64,000 nt of DNA from Ramazzottius varieornatus (Eukaryota; Animalia; Tardigrada). This document shows positions 37,746-50,350 of this stretch, in pieces (within the stretch, counting starts at the first letter, position 1; every line of letters starts with the position of its first letter). Position numbers and translations under genes: made by a program. The DNA lies in the NCBI GenBank assembly GCA_001949185.1, contig BDGG01000003.1, forward strand, positions 1,098,984-1,162,983. The letters are read 5' to 3'. Under the pieces are notes generated by a model. That model was not told the origin of the DNA, did not search any database, and was given only the letters and a program-made list of their open reading frames with translations.

Positions 37746-38539
37746 TTTGCCGTCAAGCAGGAACTGGATTAAAGAGCCTCGATTGAAGGTAGAAATGACT
37801 TGAACGTTCAGGCGATCCTCGACAACTACTTCTTTAATAGAAGTTTCCAAAATACGATTTCGGTTCTATGTTCCGTTGGAATTGGCTCATAGACTTCGCT
37901 GCACCGGTTAGCACTATCGTTACGTTATTCTTGAAGTAAACAATTGTATCGACGATAGACAAACATTCGGTCAAGTTTATCGATGAGCTAATACACGCGA
38001 ACTTTACACTTTAATTTCAAAGTGCGTCAGTCACAAGGAATAAAGCTGTTGAACAATCCAAATGCATTAATAAGAATGAAATACGGGCTGTAAAATGACA
38101 TCACAACTGCGGGTTTTAGCTGTAGCGGTGAGGTCATGACATTGAGGCTCCAGGCTGAAGAGTTGGTCTAATGCGTAATATCTGGTGCCCGAGCCCAAGT
38201 TGGGTGAACGCGCGAAACGGGGTAGGTGCGCCGCGAGGGTGGTAGTACGTGGTCCGCACCACGAAGGGAGTGACGGCCTGGATCGAGGGTTGATGAGAAG
38301 GCACGAATCTAATCGTTCGCAAATTTGGTTCTCCCTTACGAACGCTGTTCCACCTCTTTCGTGTCATCTACCGAGCAAGAGGAGTGTCATACGTAATTTG
38401 GACATTCCGCTAGCTACTTTTTCGTCGTACCGCAAATACAGCTGAATCTCCCGCTTTAGTCTTGAACCGAGCTCCGATAGACGGTCATGTCGTTCCAGTC
38501 TCGGCTGCAGTCAGACACGAATGGATGTATTCTTGTGTG

Positions 38540-38735
38540 CAGGGGTGGACGAAGGGACCGAAGTTGTGGAGTGACCGAGATTGAGACTGGGACCCCACAT
38601 TGGTAGTCTTGTGGCTAATGAATAACTAAATCAGCGATCCTCTCGTCCATGGTTTTCACCGCCGAAAGACCTCCATGTGGGGTCCCAGTCTCAATCTCGG
38701 CCACTCCACAACTTCGGTCCCTTCATCCACCCCTG
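38540..38735. mobile_element. hAT-type MITE (196 bp)
   Basis: Near-perfect TIRs of about 60 bp starting CAGGGGTGGA; 8-bp TSD CTTGTGTG / ATTGTGTG. Confidence 0.88.
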
Positions 38736-39530
38736 ATTGTGTGAATCGTTCAGGGATAAGACGACACACTCAATGAGCTCTGCGAGTCCACATAAGGGTG
38801 AGATTTGGCTTTGATCAGCGCAATTTTCTACTGTAATTTTTAAATGTGCAAAGTCTTTATCATGTCATGGGTGTTGGTTTTAAAAAAAATACATCATGCT
38901 GCCAAAGTGGCTATCCAATCGAAATATCCGCTCCTGACAAAGGAGTACAAAAAATACTGGTCTATCTCGTTATTCACGTTCAAAACATAAAATACTTCTT
39001 CAGGCCACGAGAAAAAGACAAAGTTACCAAAACGAGTACTGCGTTCCCACGTTGGATATCAATACTCACTCGTTGAAAACTCGTGAGAATTTCAAAACTC
39101 TCTTTTCTCCGGTATGCGCGACCGTCCTTCTTTATTGACTTTGAGGCCACAGGCCTGAACGTTTCGCAAGTTCCGCACCCGACAGAACAGAAGAAATTGT
39201 TACCCTACAGTCTTTGGAACTTCGTCGGCTTTCTTCCTCGTTCGCCGCGTATCTCGCGCTCTGTCAGACACTGTGTCTGCACACGCTACAATCCAGACCG
39301 AAGCCTTACCTTCTCCCTAGAGAGCCATTGTCATAAGCTCTGGGCGCTTCTTATGCTAACTACTCGTCGCGGAGAACTATTTTGAACTTCCATGTCGTGT
39401 ATCTCCTATCCAGAACAGTGGCCAATTGATCGGTGGTAGCGTTGGCGATAAGTCGACTGACTGCTGTCGGCTTTCCTCACGATTTCACCTTCCGCCATCT
39501 GAGAAAGCTGGCGGACGGGTCCTGTACGTA

Positions 39531-39833
39531 CGAGGTAAACGACATAATTCGGGCATATTTTTCCCAGCTTCTGCTGCGCGTAATGAACGGCTTCTTGTTT
39601 CCTGAGGTAGGCTGATCCCTCTTCTCGAGTTTTAAATACGTTTGAGAACGACAAAGCGTTGTGGATGACAGGAATTCGGCCTGGGAGGTCTGTCTAATGT
39701 TAAAAAGCCTAATGTTGTATCTACAGGCGTATGATGAGAGATTAATTTAGCATTGACCATAATGTTCAAACGTTTTCCGTTGCTCGAGCTATGGTGCGAA
39801 AATCGATATGCCCGAATTATGTCATTTATCTCC
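39531..39833. mobile_element. MITE (mariner-like)
   Basis: TA|CGAGGTAAACGACATAATTCGGGCATAT ... ATATGCCCGAATTATGTCATTTATCTCC|TA; TIR of about 28 bp with 3 mismatches. Confidence 0.75.
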
Positions 39834-40599
39834 TACTGCGCGGACGCAGCGGATTTTTACAGCAACTGAGGTTATCTGCCTTAGTAGCGTGTGACGTTAT
39901 CAATATAGCCACTTTGGTGGCAGTGCGACAAGGTGACAAGTGCACCCTGAGTGCGCCAACTTGCTACCACCTAGCGTTTCGGCGAAGAAAAATTCGGAGT
40001 ACTACCCTAGCATTCATGCTTTCACACCTTCCGTGCAACTTTTAAAGCTACTTCGACTGAGTCATGATACTTCTTATTGTGATGGCAAATTTGAGCAGTA
40101 TGACTTCCGGTGGAGAAGACACACCGCAGCGGGTAAAGCGCTGTCTGTAAAAATTCCGGGTGCGAGTTTTCATCCTTAAATTGACGTAAACAAACTCATA
40201 CCCACGTTGGTGATCGGAAAAATGGAAAAAGAGCAGGAAGGTTCCGAACAACTCTACAGCAGAACTAAAACCGTTGAACTTTTACATTTCGCCGGGAAAC
40301 GTCCTCTGGTGAAAAAATTTCTAGATCTTTTCCAAAACATCAGATTGATGTTCTCCACCTATTTTCCTGTAAGTGAGTGTTATTTCTAATTATTTCTAGC
40401 AGTAGAACTGCGGGACGACAGAGAACTAGAGAGTAATTTCCGAAAAGGGCTCAAAATTTTGCGAAAGTTGTTGTGATTTTCACTTCACGCCTCCCCTAGT
40501 TTAATTTTGATTCCGACTTTTTGTAAATAGATTTTTGACCAGTAATTTGTAGGAATGTAGCAAGCAGGATGTTGGATCAAGGAAATTTGATCTCAAAGC

Positions 40600-41050
40600 C
40601 GAACAACAATTGAGCCGAGAAAAACTTGGTATGATAGGTGGTAGCAAGTTGGCGCGCACTCAGGGTGTAAGAGTAGAAGACGGCTGTACGCGATCAACAT
40701 ATTCTTTTCTCGGCATCTTATTTCGGTGAAGCAGTTGTTGTTCAAGAGTGTCGTTCAGTTAGTAGTGGATTACGCGTCGTTATCGTGGCACTCAAGAAGG
40801 AAAGGACACCAGAAGCAGCTCGAAGGAATCCAGAAGAAGTTCCTGAAAAGTATCCGGCTTGGAAAGATGGTTGGAAAAGAACAGCACGACGGGGACTTCG
40901 AGCAGTATCGGCAACATTTGGCTGAAGTTGGATGGCATCCCCTATGGAGAAGACGGCTAGAAGATATTTTGATAAACACGTTCAAAATCTAGAGTGGTGT
41001 ATTTGCAGGAGGAAGCTTCATCATGAAGAAAGAAATGCCAGCACGAAGTA
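40600..41050 (+). mobile_element. Non-LTR retrotransposon (CR1/L2/Jockey-like) RT C-terminal fragment
   Basis: LFKSVVQLVVDYASLSW...LEGIQKKFLK...YRQHL..VGW.PLWRRR matches the post-RT pattern YKSLVRP.LEYA..VW...LE.VQ...Y..RL..L.L..L..RR. Confidence 0.7.
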
Positions 41051-41099
41051 CGAGAAGCCAGGCGAAAGAAATCGTCGGAAGGAACCTGCGCTCGATCTG

Positions 41100-42449
41100 C
41101 GCTGAGTAGACTGCGCATATCTGTTTTCTGTCCCCTAATCTGATCCATGATTGCAAGAAGCTGAAAAATCAAAGCACATCGTATCAGCGTGAGTGTCCAG
41201 GGTTTCGTCTCGGTCTCTTGACATTCGGACGATCTTACCGATTCCCCGTATTCGTAGTTGACCGTGAAGAACCCATGCGGAGAGATGATCGCTGGATCAC
41301 TTTCAATCTGGTCCACGAAATCTTGCAACTGAAAATGAGCTTCTTTTGTTTCGTCCGCTACTAGTATAGCCCGCTGAAGAACCTGAGCCAGATCGTGACA
41401 ACTGTTTGTCAGTCTCTGGCACAGAAGTACTCGATCTGCAGCATGAATCAGCAAAGTGATCGTCAACGTGATGAGTGATGGATGAGAGGGCTTTTCCACA
41501 AATCTTATAGTCAGCAGCAGCCGAGGGTTCGCGCCTTGCACAAATGGTTTCTGGATCAAAGTCAAAATGGAAAGACATGTCGCGACATCCAAAAGAGACC
41601 ATGCGATATTCAACCGTCCGAATACTTGATTGATAGATTCCACAATTTCCTGTAATTGGGCGCACAGTCTACTCGGTCGCGCAGCACCGTAACGATATCG
41701 CGATCCTACTGCTCTTCGTGCGTTTGATTAGGATACGCCTGGATGTTTTCTAAAAGACTTTTTGCTGACACAGTCAACTGCCGGAACACATCATAAAGGC
41801 GTAGGTAAGTAGCACAAAAAGAACCATTGGAAGCAGTATCGCAAGTATACTCCACATCACGAATAGGGGGTACGTCAAGGCGCTAATCACGAAGGTTTGA
41901 ACCATGAAACCCGGAAAGAAGTTAGTCGGTGTCCACAACACCAAAGCGGCAGGTACCTGTGGGAATACTGATATGAAATGGTCGCGGTAGATGACCGCAC
42001 CGTACGCACAGACGGAACCGTTCACCAGAACTACGACAAAAATCCAGGTGCCGCCCCATCTTCGAATTCCTTGGATAGATCGGAATGCATCAGCCAACAG
42101 TCGATGCTGAAGTCTGGTTACAATAGCATACAGATTTGAACTAACTTTTGGACAAAGAGCCAAAACTGACGAGGATCTGCATGAAGAGGAGGAAGCGAAA
42201 CAACCAAGCGATCAAGATGAAAAAATCGAGCTGGTCAATGAAACCGGCGAAGGTTTTTCGAAACAGCTCGAAATCTAGATACATCAAGAACAGGCCGGTA
42301 ACGAAGAGGACATGGGTCCACAGAACTAGCAACCTTCTGGTGAGACACTTCGGCTCGGCGGAACCAAAACTGTGTATGAATAGTCCGAGTATTCGCAGAC
42401 AACGTACGAATCCTAGTGGGATAAAGAGAGGGGTTGGTTCTCTAGCCAT
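41100..42449 (-). pseudogene. Gustatory-receptor-like multi-TM chemoreceptor pseudogene
   Basis: N-terminal LRILGLF, several hydrophobic helices, LQEIVESINQVFG and ISPHGFFTVNY (GR C-terminal pattern). Frameshifts near 42150 and 41650-41790. Confidence 0.6.
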
Positions 42450-43000
42450 CTTTAGACGTAAGGCTAAAGGTTTCAGTAAAGTGGACTCATCAGTCTGGTC
42501 GAGGGATGGTCAAAGAAAACGAACAAAAAGGCGTGAGATTGATAAGCCCCATTGAATTGTATCACGAAGTGACCAACAACATAACTAAATGCTGTGATGG
42601 GAAGCTCAGTCTGAGCTTCACCGTCGATTGGTCACCTGATCAGTTCGCTTTCGCAATTGCACTCTCTGCACGTCATCTGGGGACTTTCTCCCAAGCGAAC
42701 TGAAGGACATGCCTTCCGCGCAAGCTCGGATAGTCGTCAAACCGCACGCCAGTTGGTTTCAAAGTGCTGCTTTAAGATAAGCTATATACGCCGAGGTACG
42801 AGATATTGAAACACAACACGAGTGGATACAAAAGTACCATTTGTTTGACCTTTCGGTAGGGCAGAATTCACTGTCCACAGCAAAAAGTATAACGTTATAA
42901 AATTTACAAGTAATGATGTGATGAGAAGCAGAGAGGTGTACCAAACACGTCTATTGTTTTCGCGAGAACATGGGGCCGTTGAGCGTAACTAAATTTTGTT

Positions 43001-43765
43001 CTAAATCTTGCTGTATGGTTGCTCTGATTCGTCCCTATAGTCAAAACGAAGAATGCACTTGATGAAGTTAACCTCCGATTTGTCCATCATCTCCATAGCT
43101 CTGGACGCCTGGCTCAGCCTCATGTGATGCAAAAACTTGACCTTCAGGCAGTCCTGCCACAACTTCTGCACCGGGGCGAACCCTGCATCCATGCTCGGAT
43201 GATTGATGTGGAATTGTCCAACGGGAAACCCATTAGCCGTGCCTCCATACGTTCCCACAATGGTCACTCTACCGCAGTACTTCAGGGACTTGGAGCATTC
43301 CGTCAGCGTTTCCGGGGTATCCGATTCTATGTACCGAGCCTGTTGGACCTTATGACTCAGGCTTTTGGCATAGCGCGCTCCGGTACAATCAATAGCCACG
43401 TCCAGGCCATCAGGCACCATTTCAGCCAACTTGGACACCACATCGTTGTCCCGGTGGTAATCGGTGACTTCGATGCCCAAGGAATCGCGATCGACGTCCA
43501 GACGGTCGGTTGTTCCGGAGATGGCGATTACGCGGTTGGCGCCAAGGATCTGACACCAGCGAGCGGTAAGAGACCCCAGATACCTACCACGTCACCAACT
43601 TGGCAAAAAGCATGGTAAGCGATGGGGAGGTTGTCGCGGAGACAGATGGCCTTCTCGTCGGAGATGGAGTCGGGTAGCGGGAGGCAGTTGACGTCGGCGA
43701 ATGGCACTCGAACGAACTCGGCCAGGGTTCCTGGATACTCTCCCATCAGATGTCCATAGCCTGGC
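43001..43765 (-). pseudogene. Zn-dependent MDR dehydrogenase (FDH-like/YbdR-type) pseudogene fragment
   Basis: GYGHLMG.YPG.LAEFVRVPFADVN.LPLPD.ISDEKA, GDVVGIWG, GLDVAIDCTG.RYAKS..HK, ESDTPE.L.E, GR..IVG.YGG..N.FP.G. Frameshifts and internal deletions; begins at an AG acceptor. Confidence 0.8.
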
Positions 43766-45427
43766 CTGCAACAAGCATGAAATCAGTTAAAGCCGGAAAG
43801 CCTTCTCTTGCCAGGTACGTGCATATATGAAATACGAGAGAATGGATGAAAAAGGCGCAAACCGAATTTTTGAACCACGTCGTTTCAAGTGGTAGCAAGT
43901 TGGCCCGAGCGGGCTGTATTCAGTACATTGAAAAAGATGTCCAGCAAAAACTCTATGCAGAAATTTTCCGTACTAGGTGGATGGGCGGAAAAAGGTTACC
44001 ACCACGCATGGAGTTTCTCCGCGCATCCACCCGCGGTGAAAGTAATGTGGACTTTTGAATCGCGCGGCAAGACAGTCATTCTTGAGTCGTTCGTGTCAGA
44101 ATAAGATATTCGCAGTTCCACACTCCACTTTACATGCCACGACGCCATAATGAACTTCAGGTGAGCATATTTCGCATCGACTATCGGTGTATTCGCACTC
44201 CTGAAGGAAGACGGGGAAAACCCGAAGGATCCATCTCTCATGTTGTACAGTAGACACAGTGACAATTCTGCTCCAGTTTTCTCCCGTTATTAGTTGGAGA
44301 ACAGTCTTCTCCAAGTAGTTCTTCAGGTAGTTCCTTCAAATAATACAGTTTGCGTGTTACGTGACCCACCGGGCGTCTCGTTCCACGATGAAGCAGCGGG
44401 AAGATTAGGCAGCAGTTCATAATAAAAGTTCAGATACCGCACAGCATGTCAGAGGCAGTGGGATAAGATGAAGTCGAGGCAGAACGAAATAACATCAAAG
44501 GGTTGATTTCTGATAGTCGGTTTGCCTGCATCCCGACTGGAGAGAATTCCTGGAGGTGCGGAAACCCGATGACGAGGTCGACGCATCATCCTGTCTTTGA
44601 TCCTGTCTCTTCCTGCATCTCACTCCCAGCAAGGGGATTCGGAACAGCAAAATGCAACGATGGCTGGTTTCGAGCCGGTAGCCGAAACGTGTGGTTTCGG
44701 ATCCACGGTACAAGGAACACTGCCTAAGATCGGGAAGCGAATCGAAGATCTGACGACAGCTTTAGATTTGAATTTGATTCGCCCCTGGACCTGCTATTCT
44801 ACACGGCGAACCATCCTCTTCGAGGGAAAATCAACTGCAGCATCACATTGAACGTAAGCGTGTGCGTTGTTACTGTAACCGAAAACCAGCGAAGTTCAAA
44901 ACAGCAGTGCCTTATTAAGCAGTGGGAAATCGATTCTGTTGAGTGTTCAAAGGTAATCCCTTCCCAGTACTTAGTCGTGCTGTATGGCAATGTACCGCGT
45001 TCTGATCTAAACGGATAGGTCCTGCTAAATCATGTTCGAGTCAGGCAAACGCCGTAATCGAACAATATCAACAACTGGTTTTAGACAAACTGTCACACGC
45101 AAACAGGACAATTATTGAGAATTGGATTCCGTCTTTCAGTTTCAAATTCCTAGCGCCGGAATGAAAATGGGGAAAAGGCGGGATCCATGGCACAGCATAT
45201 GTTGATTGCCTTCCAAGTTCATCTCTTGATTGAGTCGGAACGTCTGACCGTTACTCCACGTAGCTCACGTCTTTGATTCTTGATTGTGAATTTGGAATGA
45301 TCGAGATCTGTTTTCGGTTTTCTACCTCCTACCAGATTTTTGTTTTCGCCTCTCGCCATTATATTCCTAGATCTTGCTTCCCGTGAAACTCCCATGTCGG
45401 TCGTCCAGGATTTATAGTCTTGACTGG

Positions 45428-47366
45428 ATGCGCGCGATGCCTGGGAAGAGGAGTTTGGATGTGGACGATGGGCCAAAGCCGTCTGCAGGTGAGTTGTCGA
45501 ACGATCTGCCTTACCCATATGAACACGCGCAATACCTATTCTTCCCTCCACAGGAGCACCAAGCTACATCACCTTCACTTCTGTCACGCAGCACGACGTC
45601 TGGGGACCCGCCAATACCAATACCTTGAGGAAGAACGAGCCCAAGCATCGCATCAGCTACTTCATTTACGCTTTACAGTTTAACCCTGATCCACCAGCCG
45701 ATCTCCTCGGCGACTTCGCCTACGTCATAGCCGTCGTCACTGCCGAACACTGCCTTTTCCTCCGTGTCTCGCACAATGGTGATCGCTTCGAACAGTTTGA
45801 GAACTTCTCTGTACCTGATCAACCTGTCAAAGACAAGAAGAAGAAAGAGACTGAAGCCAAAGAAGATATTTACACGCTGCAGTGGATCAAGGATCCGATC
45901 AACCGACGCGACTGGACTGCCGTAGCGTTCGCAGGATCCACTGGAATCATCCGTCTTGTCGACTTGCAACTCCAACCTCAACGGGTTGCCTTCCTCCGAG
46001 GTCATGCTACAGCTGTTAACGAACTGGCATATTGCAAAGTAAGTCTACGAAATCAGTGTCTCGTTGGAAAAAGGATTTGTGTGACAGGTGTGAAGCTCGA
46101 TGCGGAAATCATACCCGTTCCGATCCGATTTCGGTTTGTCATCGTTTCACAAGTATGGATCACGTGCGGGTTGCGTGGTTCTAGTGCTTTATTGCGGTCC
46201 TCATGCTTTGGCAATGCTATGGCCATGTGCTTTCACTTGACGAAGGCCTGTTTTGAATACTTGTGTTTGCGACGGGTGCTGAAATTTTGCCTTATTCTAC
46301 CGTTTTAGGCTCAGCCAGCTTTTCTGCTTTCCGGATCCAAGGATCACACCATCCGGCTATGGAGCATCAAGTACCTGACATGTCTGGCCGTCTTCGGTGG
46401 TGCTCAAGGCCATAGGGCAGAAATCATCTCTCTCGACGTCGATCTCTTCGGGGCCTACATCGTTTCCGGGTCTTTCGACTCGACCATCAAGATATGGAAT
46501 CTGTTCCAACCCGAACATGTAGCCTTACTGGACAAAGTGAGGATACACGCAATCACATCGGACCCAAAACCCGTTACGGTAATATCCACAGACACGATCC
46601 CTGAAAGACTGTGCAAGTACCTGCATACTAGAAGTTGGACATTTAGCCTGATTACGATGTATGCAGGTGTGTAAATACTCGTGCGACTTGTTCGCCAAGC
46701 TTCACGTTGGTATTTTGTTCTGTGGTAGGTTCCGTCAGCTTGTTTCTCCGTATCAGATATTCACGATGGCCAGATTGACTGTGTTCGATGGGCGTTCGGT
46801 GGTGACAAGAACCACTATGTGATCTCCAAGGCCTCGGACAAGACCGTTCTCATATGGATGCCGACGTTGCCTCAACACGGCGTTCCCGGGATCGGGACCG
46901 AGTGGCAGTTGTGCCATAAGATGAAACTGCAAAATAACGACTACTGGTTTGTCAAGTTCGCGGTTTGGCAGAACGAGGGACAGCATGTTTTGGCTCTTGG
47001 GGATGACAAGGGCTGGATTAGACTGCATGACTTGCAAGCTTTGGCCACCAAACAAAAAGTACGGGAAAATAAATTAGAATTAAATGAAGTAAAATAATTC
47101 GCCTTCGGCTGTAGGCAGCACAGCGGTCTTTGAAGACCAAAGTTAACCGCACAAGTTCGCCCAGCAAAGCTGTGATTCGCGCCGTCAGTTTTTCGACAGA
47201 CGGAAGACTGTTGATAGGTGGCAGTGATGATGGTATCTGTCACATATTCCGAAGGTCCGACTCGCCAACGGGAAAAAGAAGCCCGGCAGCCAGTCAGGGT
47301 GGTCGTGCAGGAAGATTCGAGACCGATGACGAAGACGACCTGGACGATGATTTCAAAGAATGCTGA
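45428..47366 (+). CDS. EED: Polycomb EED/ESC-like WD40 protein, multi-exon
   Basis: [66 protein letters not shown]...IDCVRW, YWFVKF, LALG, IRAVSFS.DG..LI..SDDG: collinear with EED. Start is 45428 or 45437. Confidence 0.85.
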
Positions 47367-48133
47367 GTAGCCAAAAAGAGGCCCTTCCGGTCCCATTTTT
47401 GCGAATAGTGAACCACTAACTTTCGGATTAAGGCACTTTGTGTTGTTTTGTCCTTGTGCCTTGAGAAATCAGCTTTTGCTGTTCGAAATGGTTGCTTCAA
47501 TGAACGAAAAGTCAAAGAACTTGTGGTTCTGAACAGTCCATGATTGGAAATCAAGATCAGTTAAAACCAAGCAGGTCGGCTACAGTCGAACAGTTGCCTT
47601 CAGAAAATGCAGTGAAAAAAATTTTGCGAGGGATTCCGGAATATCCAGTCAAACTTGCACAATCAGCCAAACCTTCTGGAAAGTTTGTGTTGCAAAACCG
47701 GTCCGGGAGGGTCGCTGTTCGTGGGTGCGTTGTCATCAAATTACTTCCGAACGAACCCGAAGTCAATATCTGCCTTATATTGTTCGATCACCTTACTGAT
47801 GCAATCAAATCACTTTTTTTGCAACGAGGAATCGGAATGGCACGGTCGTATTGGACAGTAACACGGTCGTAATAGGCATCAATGCCAAACCTAAAAAACT
47901 TCAGACAAGCGCCAGGCAACTAAAGTGTCGCAGAATATCCGCCGGCTTACTTCCGGAGACTTTCTGCAGTGCCGCACCCGACGTTGCCATATTCCCTGGC
48001 GAAAAGTCATTGTTTAGTGATTGCGGAAGTTTAGTGATTACTGTCTAAGGGCAAAATTTGCTTCCGTAAGAACAAGAGGCTTGGCGGTAAAAATCGTTAC
48101 GTAATCGCATTAGTTGAAGGAGTCAATTTTTAG

Positions 48134-48140
48134 TATAAAA
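48134..48140 (+). promoter_or_regulatory. TATA box of the CBM14 gene
   Basis: TATAAAA about 110 bp upstream of the ATG at 48246. Confidence 0.5.
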
Positions 48141-48245
48141 CGACGGTGCCTAATACGACAAGAGTCGCTCCACTCCCTTCAGTGTTCTCTGCCTTCTTCC
48201 ATCCATTCAGAATCTCCCAGTCCCCTCGACCCACACAGCCTCGCC

Positions 48246-48746
48246 ATGAAGTTCCTCGTTGTCCTCGCCCTCGTCGGTTTCGCCGCTGCCCAGTCCGGCA
48301 ACAATAACAACTCCCAAGGTCAGTTTGTCTGGGATTTGCTGAAGCCTGCTCTGACTGCCGGGGAAGGTGCAGAGCCTCTTGGCTTCTGTTGATGGCAACA
48401 GCTAACCCACCTACAACGAAATCCCCCAAAACCAACTTTGCGTGCAATGGTCGCAACGGCTTCCACGCCGACGTTGACGCCCAATGCCAGGTCTTCCACC
48501 GATGCCACCTTCATCGGAAACATGACTTCATACCTGTGCGTTAACTCCATCGTCTTCAACCAGGTCACCTTGATTTGCGACGCCTGGTACAACGTTGACT
48601 GCGCCAACTCCGCCCAGTGCGAGACCTACGCCAACAGCCGCCTCTACACCGACCTTCCCCTCTTCGATACTCCTCCCGCTGACTACCTGACTCCAGCCCA
48701 ACGAGCTGCCCAGCAGGCCGCTGAAGTGCAGGCCGCCGGTGGTTAA
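48246..48746 (+). pseudogene. Secreted single chitin-binding type-2 (CBM14/peritrophin-A) protein, frameshifted
   Basis: Signal peptide MKFLVVLALVGFAAA; TNFACNGR.GFHADVDAQCQVFHRC, then after a +1 shift near 48514 GNMTSYLCVNSIVFNQVTLICDAWYNVDC. Confidence 0.8.
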
Positions 48747-50350
48747 CAACAACAACAAACCCAGAGCGCCCAGAGCGTACATGCGCGATGGGAAATTATG
48801 GGACAGGCGGAAAGGACGGCAGAATATAAATTCGACCGCAGAAAAGTGTCGAAAAGTGCGTTATTGTGAATCGGTCGCGTACGTACGAACTTCCGTACCG
48901 CCGTAGCGGAAAGGCCTGTCCCATTCTTTTTACTGTCCCAAAATATCCCTCCGTGCTTGTGCATAAAACGGAGCGCACAGGCTGATTTTAATAAAGTCTG
49001 CGCGCCAAATATAGCTCCAGTATGGACACGTATCAGGGCCAATGCGGAAGCTGCCTACTGCAAAAGATGGCTTGACCGTGGACATCGTCGAGCAGATGTT
49101 AAACGCTTGGGTGCATTATTTGTGTGATAATGTAGTTATTTATCATGGTCAGCATACTGAGGGTGTATTTCCATATCCGTTGCGGTATGCCGTCAAGTCA
49201 AGCTCATATCGCAGTCAGCGCCTGTCTTGAAAGTCAAGTCAGCTACCTGCAACAGATGTGTCATTCACATTTCGGACGGACAGTCCACCCATCCCATCTC
49301 CATATCCATTGCGATGATTAGTCCTGCTGCACACATTTTCTCCGTCTATACCCATGAGCAACGGATAGGATATAGCACGTGTTATAAAGCGCGATAAACG
49401 CCCCGGCTGCCGTCTTATATCGTCGCCTTTCGACGTACGAAGTTTAGTACGAGCTATGAAGTTATGCACCACTCAAATGGAAACCGATTCCTGTTCTAAC
49501 AGTCGCTGGCAATGCTGCTGCCTGGTTTCTATTCAAATCGCCTGCATTGCTCACACTGATTTTTATGCCTGTGAATAACGTCCGTCAGAGCAAATAGGCC
49601 GCATCCATCCACACATATTCACACCAGCGTCACACTGCTGACCGACTTTGATATCGGCAGATTGTTCTATTCCGGCTCTGTCGGATCCGTGGACTGTCCT
49701 ATCATTTTCATATCGACGGAACTGAAACACTTGCCAGCAGCACTGCCCAATAGAGTGGTTGCCTTTTCAGCTTCGGAGTGACTATGCAGCGAATATTACA
49801 CGATATTACACTTTGTCCCCTTTGCCGCCTATTGAACCACATAGAATAAATATGCTGGATATTTAACTGCCCATCCCGACCTAAAAACGCTTATTTGCGA
49901 ATAGCGTTTATCGATGTTTGGTAAGCCACTGTCCGCTCTCTTATCTTCTACGAAATTTAGCGGTTTCCACCTGCCAATTTTACGACCGGCCTACGCCAAC
50001 TTTTTTATCCCCTTTTGTCACAGGTCAACAACTCTACGCTTGAATCCTCACGGGGAAATTCTAATGGATTACTAATCTTGGATGATCCAAACATTCAATT
50101 CTGGACCAGGCAGGTGCTCAGACCTACACCCATACAGTGTTTTCCAACGCGATTCTAAACTTGCAGCGTAACATCAGCTCCATCCTGCTCCGCTCAGATT
50201 TTGCTGGGATTTCCGGTCGCTAGTTGGTCACTTCCGGCGTTTATCGCACTTGATCGGATCTTCTTTTTGATCAAAAACCAAGTCGTGTCCACACTGATCA
50301 GCAGCCATTGCAATGCTTTGTTTCAGTTAGACAGTCGGAACTGGCACAAA

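Noticed and set aside
43996-44990. Several short overlapping ORFs
   Set aside because: Stops in all frames and no recognisable family.
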